DNA from: Lama glama
Lineage: Eukaryota
Length of the DNA stretch: 64,000 bases
NCBI GenBank assembly: GCA_028534125.1
Contig: CM052816.1
Location: forward strand, 20,462,001 to 20,526,000
Reading direction: 5' to 3'
The notes beneath the pieces are model-generated. The model ran no database searches and was not told where the DNA came from. It was given only the letters and a program-made list of their open reading frames with translations. The number at the start of each line of letters is the position of its first letter. Within the stretch, counting starts at the first letter, position 1. This document shows, one piece after another, positions 12,801 to 25,560 of this stretch. Both the position numbers and the translations under genes were made by a program.

Positions 12801-14229
12801 CTCCTTTCCCTGATACTCTGCCAAGATAGATATGGTAGTAAAGTCAATATTGGGAGAATTTTATATTGAGGGGACCGGGAAAGTGAGAAGGGATGTGATA
12901 ACAGTCCCTAGGGACCCACCCCCTCTTGAGGGGCAGGCATTTTTGGGGAGAGCTCCTCCCCTCTGAGCCCTGGATGCTGTGTTCTCATCGCTTGCTGGGC
13001 TCTGGGATTGGATGGTGGCAGTTACACAGCATTAGGCATCCTTCTTGAATTTTACTCACTTTTCCTAACTTGCTCTTACCCATAGTTTTTAGACAAGCAC
13101 TAGATGACTGTAAATATTAATATTGGTTCCATTTAAAATTGTTAGCTTTGTATGCTTTGGTGTTTAGAAACCAGGTAAGAGCTTTGAAGTCAGGCACTAT
13201 TTGTTTTCAGCATGTGTGATGCTCGTAAGTCTTTGAGGAAAAAAATACCAGTAAGGTACCAGTAGTAAGGATGATTTTTGTCCTCCCCAACTCCAGGGAT
13301 CAGCCTAAGAGAGCAGGATCCTGCCTGGCTAATGGCCCTTCCCGTGTCTGCTGACTGCACTCCTGTCCCTGTTTGAATTGCAGAGAGCTTAAATGCTCTG
13401 GCTTCTTTCTGCATTGGTTGGGCATTCTAGAGGACTTGGGCGTTAATTTTTAAAATATTTTCTTCCTTAATAAGTGTCCTCATTCTTGCACATTTGATTG
13501 AATTTAGGACAACGCTCTCCTCCCCTTTCTAGTGGTGTTCTCCCCCATGGCCCCCACCCCGTGCCCCTGGCTTCTTTTTGATTGATTGATTGCTGGGGAA
13601 GAATAGTTGATCTTCTGTGGGATTTGAGGTCTACCTTTTGGCATCTCGACTCACTCTGGCCCCTCACTCTGTGGATGTGGAGAAAACAAACTCCCTCCTC
13701 CCTGTGAACAGACAGGGGTCTAGGCTGAATGCTTAGCATTTTCCAAGCTCATCTGCAGTCCAGGCCTGCATGCAGCTCTTGGGTCTGTCTTCTGGGGAAT
13801 CACCCTTCCTACATACTCCTGGGTGCCGACTGCAGCATTAGACTGGCTTTCAAAGAAGAGGAGACTCTGGGCAAGGTGTCTCAGCAGGAGGCACAAGTGG
13901 TCCTTGGGCCTCTGACTGGGTGTGGTGCACTGGGATGCAGGTGGCGTCCCTTGTCTAAGACTCCAGGCATTCCACTGCACTTACAGTGCCAGCAGGGTGT
14001 ATGTGTGACCCCTTCTCTGATCCTAGAATTTGGGCCGTGGCTGTCTGCTTATTACTGTGTGTCAGAGGGTATGGATATTAGTTTCTCCAGTAAAATTGGG
14101 AGAGTGCAACCTCCCATCTGCAGATGTGAGTCAATGCATCATTTTCAAGGTCAGAGGTAGTGTTCCAAGTCCCAGGAAAGCTGGATGAACGGGTTACCAT
14201 CCTCAGAGATAGTGCAGACTGGGCTTCCT

Positions 14230-14380
14230 CCAGCCAGTGCCTTTTGAGCTCCAGTGTGCTTGTGAAGAGCACAGGACCTGTTAAAATGCAGATGTAGTAG
14301 GTGCGGGGTGGGCCCTGAGATTCTGCATTTCTCCTAAGCTCCAGGTGATGCCTATACTTTCAGTCCCAAGGACACTGGTC
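14230..14380. mobile_element. MER5A-like hAT-Charlie MITE
   Basis: gttaaaatgcagat...gtaggtgcggggtgggccctgagattctgcatttctcctaagctccaggtgatgc is the typical MER5A core. Confidence 0.8.
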
Positions 14381-17300
14381 AGAAAGGCCCTAGGGGTGTC
14401 CCCCCACCATCACCCCCTAAGAAGGAGAATCCAGCTGGTGGTTAATCCTGGCCTTTGTTAGCTTCTTGCTAGCATGATGATGCTGACTGCAGTCAGGAAA
14501 AGGAGAAAAACACGTGGCTGCCATCAGACCAGGAAATAGCTTGACATGAGATTGGCCCAGGGAGCAGGGGGCAGGGGCAGGTAGGTGAGGGGAGAGGTGA
14601 GTTGAAGCAGCCTTGGTTGGAGGGTCATTTTCAATTTTTTTTTTAAGCAAGTAGGCAGATAGGTAAACTTAGAACTCTGAATCTGGGTTCTGCCCTGGCT
14701 TGTCTGTAGTTTGATTTGAATCCGGAGGGTCAGCCCACACTCTTGTGTTCTCACCATCACCATCTGTCTGCCACCCATCCTGGTGTCCTGCCCAGTTTCT
14801 GGCCTCAGCACCTAGCCAAGCTGCTTTGGGGACCACAGCTGCCAGGCTGGTGCTGTGTTTTCGTTTTTGTCCTTGGGTGGGGGAAGCCATGGTCCTCGTT
14901 CTCTGTGCTCCCACACGCCTTCTGCTCTGTACCAGTTAGAGCGCTGTGACCCCTTTAGTATTTAGAGATCACAGTTGGCAGAGCTTTAATTGGCTCTGAA
15001 AAATTCTGTGACCCAGGAAAATAAACATTTATGAGTTCACAGAAAACAATTATTCTTCTTTCTCTTAATTTAGCATTTACTCATCTAACTATTTCATTTA
15101 TGCCTCTGCTCCTAAATAATCTGCTTCTCTAGGGACGTTCCCAGCCTAGTAATCAGGACGTCAGGCCGTGCGTTGTAAGTGGGGCTCTGACTTCCATTTT
15201 TTGGGGACTTGGCAGCATCGGCTCTGGCAGGCCCCAGTCATCTGCCTGATTTGTTCTCTGTGACTTGTGGGTTCTCTCTCTTGCTTCCCATTTAGAAAGA
15301 AGTGAATGCCGTGTCGGTGTCAGACTCTAGCAAGCCCCGTGTGTAGGGGCTCCACTTTCCTGTCCTGCAAACGGGGGCCCAATCCTTCTGCCTCCACTGC
15401 TGTGGTTCCTGTTGAGACTCCTTGTCATCAGCCACCTGGGAGGGGGAGGATGTCAGAGGAGAGGGGCCCTGTACCTGAGAAAACAATAGTGGGGTAGGTG
15501 CATGGTGCTGAGTGGAGAAAGCGGGCCTGGAGCTGAGCCCCTGTGGCTTGGAGAAGCTGCCTGTCCCTTGAGCCTGGCCGCTGTCTTGTTGGTGGCCACG
15601 CGCATCTGCATCTTGGCCTTAGGCATTCCCTAAGCCAGGAAGGTCTGGACCCAGAGAAACCTAGTGTCTGCCCTTATGGGATCCTGGTTCTAAAACCACG
15701 AGCAAACTTGCTTTTCTTTCTTCTCTTTATTTCCTTCTTTTTTACCTGGGTATCCTCATTGACTGCTTCGTGTGAGTGGGATGTCCAGCTTACCCTGAAG
15801 ACCAGCTGTTCCCAGCCTCATGCTGTGCTCAGATATTTCAGACTATAGTGTAATTCAGAAAGTAAAATTAATTTTGCTTCAGCATAATTTTAACATGTCT
15901 CATTGACAGCGTTTCTGGGCTTAGTAGGGAGTGGTGATGTAGAATCCAGCCATGAATGGACCCCATTGTGGGTTTTGTCTGGCAGAAGTCCCACCGAGAC
16001 AGGGTGGAGAGTGAACAGAATTCTGGCGGGAAGCAGGTGGGGAGGGGCAGGGCAGCTAGTGGTTTGTCTGGTGCTTCTTTCTCTTTTCTAATGGAAGGTG
16101 CCATACAATCAGGTTTTGGAGGAAATAGTCCCTGAGGGAAGAATCTGGGTGTAGTGAGGTGGGACAGAAGTGGAGGGAGGGGTGGGCATGTGGAGGGAGA
16201 GCTGTGAAGTGTGACCATTGGGTTAGTGACTAGAACTGCTGGCTCTGGCCGTTGATCTGTGGCCGTGGCTCTTGGGGAGGGAGGCTCCTCTTTCTGGTGG
16301 AATGGTGAGTATCCTGGGGTCTGGGCCTTGGGTCCCCAGTGTCCAGGAGAGCCTGGTACACAGGATGTTCAGATATTTGTCAAGTGAGTGAATGAGTCAG
16401 CAGTCTTTTATTATTCATTTTGGCACCAGGTAGGGATTAGACAAGGTGACCTGAGTTTTTAGGACTCCTTACAGAAGCAATCCCAGGAGAAACCTGACTG
16501 TCTTTGGTTTCTACTTGCAGTAGAATCCCATCATAGCCACAAATCTTACCAACATCCTTCTTGAATTAGTAGAAACCTGAGAGAGTTCTGTAGGCTGTGT
16601 GTGTGGGGTGCTGTGGAATCCCTGGCTCAGCTGCTATACTCTTTGTAGAGTGGTCTTTGGGGCCTGCCTAGCCCTGGCTATCTCTTCTCCAAAGCAGGTA
16701 CACCAGGCCCCCCTCACATAAAATGGGAACCCCGAGAGTGCAACGTAAACTCGAATGAAGGATGTTCTGCTTATGCTTAGAGTTTTCAGGGTCAGCAGAA
16801 ATGGTCTGTGGCTCCAAGGGGGGCTGCTGCCAACAGTGTCTACAAAGGGAGGAAGGGATTGAGGCCAGTGAGAACAAACTTCTCCAGCTGTTAAATGGGT
16901 GTGAGCTTCCTGACGTCCGTCCTTCCTTCCTTCCTTCTTCTGTTTTCTTAGAGTGGTTACAGTTTGACTGCACATATACAATGTATTGCATGTAAATACA
17001 TATAATATGCTGCACTTGTTTTTAGTTTACCCATGCGTACTGATCATTCTTGATGCTAGTCTTAGGACAGTTGGAGCAAAGGCTTACTGCAGCTGTTGTG
17101 CCATCTAAAGCTTGCTCTCTAAATAAAGAAAACAGAACTCTTTCCCCATTTATTTCCCCTTCTAGCCTTGCGTTTAAAACATGCTGGAAGCTTCCTCTGT
17201 GGTAGAGATCTCATGTTTCTGTGGTTCTGCTGATGTCATATTTTGTGCGTTCATTCCAGGGAAGCAGACTTTCATGTGGGGATACCAGGAAATGTCTAAT

Positions 17301-19994
17301 GGAAGAGACCTGCCAGGCACTGCTCTAAGTGAGTGCCCCTGAAATCTGCCCCACTGTTCCCCCTCCTCCCCTCTCTTCTGCTGGGTTATTACCTGTGCAG
17401 TTGTTTTCACTTTAGCATTTGGCTGTGAGGAATGGGATTCTCTGCGTCATGCTTGGGTGTTCATCCCCTGGCAGTGTCTTTGTGGACTGTGTCTTTGTGC
17501 CCCTAAGCAGGGACCTTCTCAGGATGCTATGCACCTACCTAGTATGGGTCTCTGGGCCAACCAAGACGTCTAGTGGTCTTCTCTCTTAGTCAAGATCAGG
17601 TATGTGCTGAGCACCCCACTGTGTGCTTGTCCTTGTCCTAGGACCGAGTGGTTGAAGAGAAATGGGATTTGGGATTCCATTCTTGGAACTTAAGGACCAG
17701 TGGGGCATGAGGGTAGGGTGTGGGATTGCGAGGGGGAGGGAGCACTTGGTCGTTGCTGAACAGGAACTGAGTTAGCAGAGGGAATTAAACACCCATGTCT
17801 ACTGTTCTTTTTCAAGCTATGTGTAGTGATTAAATGAAATTCTCGACTTTAGCCTAAAGGAAATGAGGTATCTTTATTGAGTAGTAAAGGAGGAAGTGGC
17901 TCCTGCCTTGCCCGGTCGCATTGATCCAGCCCTGGTCCCCAAGAAGGGTGGCTGTTCTCACAGACCAGACTTTCTCCTCCCCAGAGGACTTGTGGCTGAT
18001 GGCAGATCTGGTGTCACAGGTTCGTCCTGGCGCGTGACACAGCTCCTCTGGAGTCCTTAGAGGGTTGGCTGAGGGCTGGAAGAAGCTGGAGTCTCAGTGT
18101 CATCAGACATGCTGGACACAGTGCTGGCGGCAGCAGCCCTGTGGTGTCCAGGGCTCAGAACTCCAGTCACAGCCCCTCCCCTACCTTCCAGAGCCCATCC
18201 GGCAGAGCAGAGCCTGCCCCCACCGAGGCTCTCTCCTGAAGTGGTTCTGCTTGGTGTGGTCCTGCCATCTTGTTGGCTCAGAGGACTTGGCCTGGTGATG
18301 AGGCGGGGGTGTCTGCTCATTGTTGCTCTGACTGGCTCATCTTGCCGAGGGCTCTGCAGCACGTGACATTACCTCCCCAGGGCCCAGACTGTCATACCTG
18401 GAAGTCTTAGCTCTTGGTTTAGAGTCCCTTCTTGAGCTCAGTGTCTGTCCTTTTCCAATTGGTTGTACCAAGTGGTTTGGTAACTTTCAGGAAGAAAACG
18501 CTTCTCTGGCCATGCTGGCTAGGACAGAAGGACTTGTGCTTCATTTCACGTTCTAGATGGAAATGTGCAATAAAAATTAAGCCTTCTCATTCAAAACGAC
18601 TGTTCTAATATTACAAGAAAGGATGATCATGGGCTGCATTCTACAGGAAATTCCTGTATGTGGTGGGCAGATGTCTCACCACAGGATTATGGAAAAGGAA
18701 AGGGAATAATCATAAACAGCTTTAAGAAATCACCTATATACGTGCACATGGTGAGCACGTATGAAATGTATTGGGTTAGCAGTCTGGGTCATGTTGTGGG
18801 TGACGGGAGAGATGGGAGCAGGGAGGCACTACCCAATCGAAGTCTAGTCTCTGAGAACCTGGTTGTCTTGACTTGCACAAGTGTCTTCCCTGGTCCCATC
18901 ACCTGTGGCCAGGGGACAGGTCCCCAGAGGTGAAGTCTCATTCAGGGCCTCTAAGCAGAAGCTGTGGGTGTGGGCCGGGGAGGCTCTAGTGAAGGAGTGA
19001 GAGAGCAGGTCATCATGGGTGGCTGGGGCTGGCAAGGCTGATGAGCCAGCCTCCATCTAGCCTCTCAGTGCTCGAGCAATGTGAGCTGAGTTTTTAGAAG
19101 TGCAGGCATTTTATGAAGCTGAGCTTTCTGATAGATCTTCAGAGGTGGAATTGGGGGTAGGAGGGCCTGCCTATGTGGTTTTAAATCTGTTCTTCTGCTT
19201 GCGTGCCCACTGTCCTCTGCCTGCCTCCTTAGTACCCTCACAACACCAACCTGCCTGTTTGCAGCTGGGCAGCTCAGAAGCCCAACTGACCCCTCCCTGG
19301 GTTATCCGAGCAGATGGGCTGTGAAGCACACCTGACTTCCTTGCGCTGACTCACATCTCACTGGTCCCCTCCCTGACCCTCCTGGTGCCTGTGTTCAGGC
19401 CCTGCCTACCAAAAGGGACTGAAGGGGAATAGGCTTTGGGGCTTAGATGTGGCCCTGTGAGTCGAGAGTTCACATCTCTTGTGATGTGGGGTGCTCCTTA
19501 GTGCTGGAGGTTTAGCTGGAATTGTTCTTGGGAAGAAAGAAGGGCTACATGGGAGGGGAGTCATGACTTTACCAGATGTCTTTTCTTAGAGAGTCTTCCT
19601 CACTGTGGAATCCAGTGAACATTGTTACAGTTGAGCTGGCGTGGGATCATAGGCTAGTCATCATGGAAGGTGAGACACAATAGCTGCTCCCTGAGTTGTG
19701 AGGCTGAGCTTTGCTCCCAGTCAGCTGCAAAGTCTTGTTGCATTAGGAACTTGGGTTTTGCTGTGATGTCTATTTCTGTGTAACCAAGAGTTACGGAGTG
19801 TTGGGGAACCAGAGGCAGCTCTAGGGTGGGGATGTCAGGTCAGGGTGGCCTCTGGAGCTCAGAGCTGGGAGTCTGAATGATGCTTCTCATCCTTCCTTTA
19901 CAGGAATAAGGAGGAGATTCCTGATAGGAATTCTGATTTCTGATATGGAATCCTTTGAATTCTATAGCTATTAATGTTGACAACATTAATAATC

Positions 19995-20180
19995 CTCTAT
20001 CGTTTTGTCAAAGCTTTAAGTGTGTTACTTCATTGACTTCTCAAAAAGATCTTATGAGGTCTCGTTAACTTGTTTATTGCATACATGGGGGAACTGAGGC
20101 TTCCGGATGATTGGTGAGTTGTCTGAGGTCTCCCGTGTACTAAGTGGTGGAGACTTTGCACCCGGCCTTCTGACTGTCCT
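19995..20180 (-). mobile_element. MIR SINE
   Basis: atgggggaactgaggc...gagttgtctgaggtc...taagtggtggag...cccggccttctgact, reverse MIR. Confidence 0.7.
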
Positions 20181-21323
20181 GCTGTGCTCCTCGAGAGCTC
20201 CAGCTGTGCTTTACCACCCCTTACATATTTCTGAGGCTAAGAAAAGGACATTTGATGATGATGAGCTTTGAAGGCCAAAGCAGACCCTATCACATCAGAT
20301 AAAGTATCCTCCCCTCCCAGAGGGCAGCAAAGCTTGCTGTACCTCCTCAGACTGGGCTAGGGGTAGCCTCTTGACCTTCCCTGTGGGGTGCGGCAGTGCA
20401 TGCCCTGTGTCAGCGCTGAGTTCATGAGAATTAACATCTCTTTGGCTATTTCCTTCCAGTTCTTCAAGGGGATCAGGTGAGGACTTTGCAGCCACTGCTC
20501 TGGGAGTCCCTGAGCATCTACCCTTAGGTAGGGCAGAGCCTGGCCAGGCCCACTGCTGTGCCTGGGCACATGGAGAGGTGAGGGTCTGGGCTCTGGATGG
20601 AGACCTAAGCGTGATGGTATGTGGTGGTCTCTGTTTCTGCTTTTAAGAGTTGGCCTTGGGAAGCACCTAAGGGTTGCTGAGAACAGTCTCCCTTTCAGAA
20701 GCTGGACTCTGGCATCCTGAATTTAGGGAAGGGGCAAGATTCCCAGCATCAGTGACAAAGGTGATCAAGGTGGTAACTATCAGATACTGTCTGGAGGGTC
20801 AGAACGCTCAGTGGGAAAATGTCTGTATTTGCTGACTCTTTTACCAGCCACTGGAAGAGAGCAGTGCGGTCAGTGATGTGTTACAGCTAGAGGCAAGTTC
20901 CCTGTGCTCCTGCTGTTGGGAGGAGGCTGTCATGGAGGGCGCTTCTCCTCCTCAGAGGTGGGAATGGTAGGGCAACCCTGGGCACACGGGGCATGAAGCT
21001 TGGGGCAGGTGGTGGCTCCTTCAGAGGTGTATCTACCTTATCCAAGTGGGTGAGCACACCAGGAAGTCACAGCCTCTGCCCCATCCGTGAGTGGGGAAGG
21101 TCAGATCTGGGGGCAGGACAGGGATATACAGAGTGCCCACTCTGCAGAACACTGCGAAGAAGGAATCCTGGCATTTAAGTGTGCTGAGCCATTGAGCCAA
21201 TGGGCAGCTCCAGAGAGTGAAAGGAAGTTAGGGAGTGGGTTTGAGGAGCAGCGAGGGGACAGATCTGGCAGGGTATTGATGGTTCATGATTGACACTGTA
21301 CCAACTGATGGAGCCGTCCCCCC

Positions 21324-21823
21324 NNNNNNNNNNNNNNNNNNNNNNNNNNNNNNNNNNNNNNNNNNNNNNNNNNNNNNNNNNNNNNNNNNNNNNNNNNNNN
21401 NNNNNNNNNNNNNNNNNNNNNNNNNNNNNNNNNNNNNNNNNNNNNNNNNNNNNNNNNNNNNNNNNNNNNNNNNNNNNNNNNNNNNNNNNNNNNNNNNNNN
21501 NNNNNNNNNNNNNNNNNNNNNNNNNNNNNNNNNNNNNNNNNNNNNNNNNNNNNNNNNNNNNNNNNNNNNNNNNNNNNNNNNNNNNNNNNNNNNNNNNNNN
21601 NNNNNNNNNNNNNNNNNNNNNNNNNNNNNNNNNNNNNNNNNNNNNNNNNNNNNNNNNNNNNNNNNNNNNNNNNNNNNNNNNNNNNNNNNNNNNNNNNNNN
21701 NNNNNNNNNNNNNNNNNNNNNNNNNNNNNNNNNNNNNNNNNNNNNNNNNNNNNNNNNNNNNNNNNNNNNNNNNNNNNNNNNNNNNNNNNNNNNNNNNNNN
21801 NNNNNNNNNNNNNNNNNNNNNNN
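21324..21823. other. Assembly gap (exactly 500 N)
   Basis: Run of N. The round length suggests a placeholder of unknown true size. Confidence 0.99.
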
Positions 21824-24010
21824 TTACCATTTTTTGGACAGTAACAGGATTATAATACTTAAATTCCATTTGACCTCCTGACCTTTTGTGTTGTCACATA
21901 TTTTAGTTCTATAAATATTATTACCATAGAGGGCATTATTGTTGTTATGTTAAGCAGGCCACATTATTCATTTCTTAACCCTTTCTGGTGCTCTTTATTC
22001 CTTCTTGCATAACACTGCATTCATCTGAAAATTTTTCCTTCTGTTCAAAGTCCCCTTTATATTGCTCTTAGTATTAATCTGCTGGCAGTATATTCTCTTG
22101 GTTTTTGTCTGTCTAGATATATCTTTATTTTTACCTTATGAATGCCCATATTTTCAGTGGGTATAGAATTCTGACTTTTTCAGAATTTTGAAGACATTCT
22201 TCCATTGTCTTCTGGTTCCATTGTTTTCTCCTGAAAAGTCAGCTGCTAAGGTTATTGTTACTCCTTTGTAAGTAATATGCCCACTCCACCTCTACCACCT
22301 ACCTTCTGGCTATTTGAAAGATTTTCTTTTTATCTTTTTGTCTTTGACTATTCAACTATACTTCTATGAGTACCTAGTGATAGTTTTCCTTGTATTCATC
22401 ATGTTAAGGGTTTGTAGAGATTTGTAAATCTCTGGCTTGATTTCTTTTGTCAATTTTGGAAAATTTTCAACCATATCTCTTCATATATTGATTCTGCCTA
22501 ATTTCCTTTCACTCTAAAACTTCAATTACATGCTTAGAACTTTCTACCCTATCTCATAATGTCTCTCACACTCAACTGTGATTTTTATTTCTAATTTTTC
22601 TTTTTAGATTTTCATTCTGGTTGTTTTCTACTGGCCTAGCTTCTATTGTATTATTCCTTTCCTTAACTGTGTTTAATTTTATATTAAATTCATCTGTTGG
22701 ATTCTTTAAGTTATTAAGTTTTCAGTTCTAGAATTGCCATTGGATTCTTATTTTAATAGATTCCAGTTTTATGGTGAAATTCAGCATCTTTTCTTCTATT
22801 TTCCTGAATATATTGGTCATAATTATTCTAGAGCTTGTGTCTGATAATTCTAAAATGTAGATAACCTGTGGATCAGTTTCTAATGTCTATTTTATAGGAT
22901 GTTAGTCATTTGTACTATGCTTAGTAATTTTGGATTGGTTGCTGGACATTATATATTGTTAAAAAAAATCATAAACAGAAACCTCAGTTAAAAAGATCCA
23001 GGAGACCAGAATGGGGTGCTCTCACATCTTGTGATGATAGCAGAACCCAAAAGGAAGAAGACTCCATTTATTTCCTGGCAACAACTCAGCAAATGAAAAG
23101 CCAAATACTCTGTTTATTATGGCCCTCCCAATTTCCTTTTCTCCTCTATAAAAGAGTTTTCTTTCCCTTGCTATGTAAGGACTTGCACATGGCTCATCAT
23201 GGTTGCACACCCTGAATTTCAACTCTCTGCTGATCCTGAATAAACCCTTTTTTTGTTGTTGTTGTTGGAGAATAACTGGCAGTCTATTTGTTTTTGGTCA
23301 AAATATGAAAAATTGTAAAGCCTGTGGATAACTTTATTGTCTTTCAGGGAGGATTTACTTTTCTTTATTAAATAGAGCATGCTGTCAGATCATCTTGATC
23401 TACTCAAGAACAGAAATTCTTAGAGAATATGTGATCTTAACTGAGAGTCAGCTGCATTTACCAGGACCATTCTTTCTTTGAAAGCTTAATTTTTGTCTTC
23501 CTAGCACCATGATCCTGTCAAAATCCATGCTTTGTTTTTTGTCTTGTTTGAGATTAACGTTTTGCTTATTTCTCAACATTTTACTCTTTATATGTTCAGC
23601 TCAAGCATAATAATTTGACTGAAGGGGAAACTATGTACAGAATATTGGGCTCACTTCTTTCTGATAGCCTTTTCTAGGATTGTAGATCTTTAAGGTCTGT
23701 CTGCCTTTGTAGTCCCAACTTAGGTCTCTCTCAATTCAGTGAGACTTCTTTAAGCTCCAGAACAGTACTTTCTATTTGACTTCTCTGCAAAACCACAAAT
23801 TTCCCAAAGGAAAAATCTGCAGTAAATACGGGGCTCACCTCAGTAGCTTTTTCTTCTCTCCAAATATTGGCTAAGTTCTGTCCACCTTTGTTGCTCTCAT
23901 ATGCCTTCAGAAACTTTTTTGGTTATTTATCCAATTTTATGGTTGTTCTTAACAGAAGGATTGGTCTAATATAAGCTATTCTTTCATAACCTGAAGCAGA
24001 AGTCTAAGTT
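21824..24010 (-). mobile_element. Ancient L1M/HAL1-like 5' region (ORF1 side), interrupted by a solo LTR
   Basis: T-rich, with reverse L1M/HAL1 motifs (gggtatagaattctg, ttccattgtcttctgg, aattttggaaaattttcaacc, ttttcagttctagaatt), ending gaagcagaagtct. Confidence 0.7.
22957..23302 (+). mobile_element. Solo LTR, ERV1-like
   Basis: Begins TGTT, has TATAAAA at 23147-23153 and AATAAA at 23239-23244, ends ...ggtcaa(a). Apparent 4-bp TSD ATAT. The host L1 resumes on both sides. Confidence 0.75.
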
Positions 24011-24279
24011 ATCTAATTTTTACACTATGAATTAAGTAAAGGTGAAATGTTACATGCATGATTTTGGAATTTGACTTTAGAATTTGAATCTCAGCTGGCT
24101 GTTGACTAAAATGTGATCACTTGAACAAATTTTAACCTCTGACGCTCTACTTACTCGGCTTTTTATATATATCTGAGAAATGAAGTTGCAGAAACTTTAA
24201 AGATCAGATAATCCCACTTTTATTTGAACAATTTCAGTGTATAATAAAAGGAAAATTTCCAGAGCCATTAGATAAAACT

Positions 24280-25560
24280 GGTATAATTTTAATTCCTGAA
24301 ACTGAGAAAACTGACACCTAAAAATTATAGACCAATCCCATTTATGAATATTAATGCAACATATTTAAAATCACAGCAAACAGAATCTGACAGCATATTT
24401 TAAAAATGCATCATGATTAAGAAAAGCTTTTTCTAGAAATACGGGGATAGTTGAATACTACAAAATCTACTAGATAAGCCATCAAATTACTAGAGCTAAG
24501 GAAAAAAAACATCGTATGATCACCTCCATAAATGCAGAAAAATATTTGATAAAATTCAACACACATTTGTTTTCTTTTTATTCAACAAATATGTATTGAG
24601 CTTCTGCCCTATTATAAATAATACTAAGGATGCAAGAGTGAAAAAGATACTGGCAGCATCCCAACTCACATTCCAGTGGAGGGAAACAGCCAATAAATAA
24701 ACAAGTAAGAGGACAAGCTAGAACACGCATTTATTTTAAAAACTCAATAAAATATGCATAGGTTTTATTAATACAATAAACATACTTTGGGCCCAAAGCC
24801 AGTATTTTACTTAATTGAACACTAAAGATTTTCTTCTTAAAATTGGAAATAAGACTGGATGCCCACTATGTCCACAACACTTGGATTAGGTTGATGAATT
24901 AGCTAAAACAGTAAGACTAGAGAAAGCAACTATAGATGTAGAAACTGGAAGAAAGAAAGAAAATCATTGCTATTTGCAGATTATATAAATATACAAATGG
25001 AAACCCCAAAAGAATCGATGGGAAAACTACTACAAACAATAAGAAATTTAGTCAAGTGGTTTGTTATTAAATCAATATATGAACATCAATTGCTGTCATA
25101 TATACAAATAAAAGCAGTTTTGCAGATGCTAACTACTATATATAAGATATATAAACAACAAGGTCTTGCTGTACAGCACAGAGAACTATATTCAATATCT
25201 TGTGATAACCTATAATGAAAAAGAATATGAAAAGGAATATATATCTATATATAACTGAATCACTATGCTGTACACCAGAAACTAACACAACATTGTAAAT
25301 CGACTGTACTTCAATTTAAAAAGTGTAATGAAAAAATAAATTCCACTTATGAGAAAAAAAGATATGTAATAAATATTGAAAATATATATGGGAAAATTAT
25401 AAAATACTCTTGAAAGAAATAAAAGTAGGCTTGAACAAATTATTAAAAATACCATGTTGTTGGATAAGAAGATACAACAGGATATGGATGTGGACTTACC
25501 CTAAGTTAATTTATAAATTTTGTGTAATTAAAATAAAACTCCCATGAAGTTTTTTTCTAG
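24280..25560 (+). mobile_element. Degraded old L1 ORF2 (RT region) fragment
   Basis: aattatagaccaatccc, tttgataaaattcaac, ggatgcccact; the ORF remnant LFADYI..MET PKES..KLL at 24967 resembles the L1 RT 'LFADDMI' region. Confidence 0.8.
25122..25323 (+). mobile_element. Short 5'-truncated cetartiodactyl-type L1 3' end (L1_Art-like) inserted in the older L1
   Basis: aaacaacaaggtc...gtacagcacagagaactatattcaatatc...ataactgaatcactatgctgtacaccagaaactaacacaacattgtaaatc...cttcaat plus A tail. Confidence 0.85.

Noticed and set aside
21228..21869. ORFs of 184-213 aa
   Set aside because: Artefacts of translating through the N gap.
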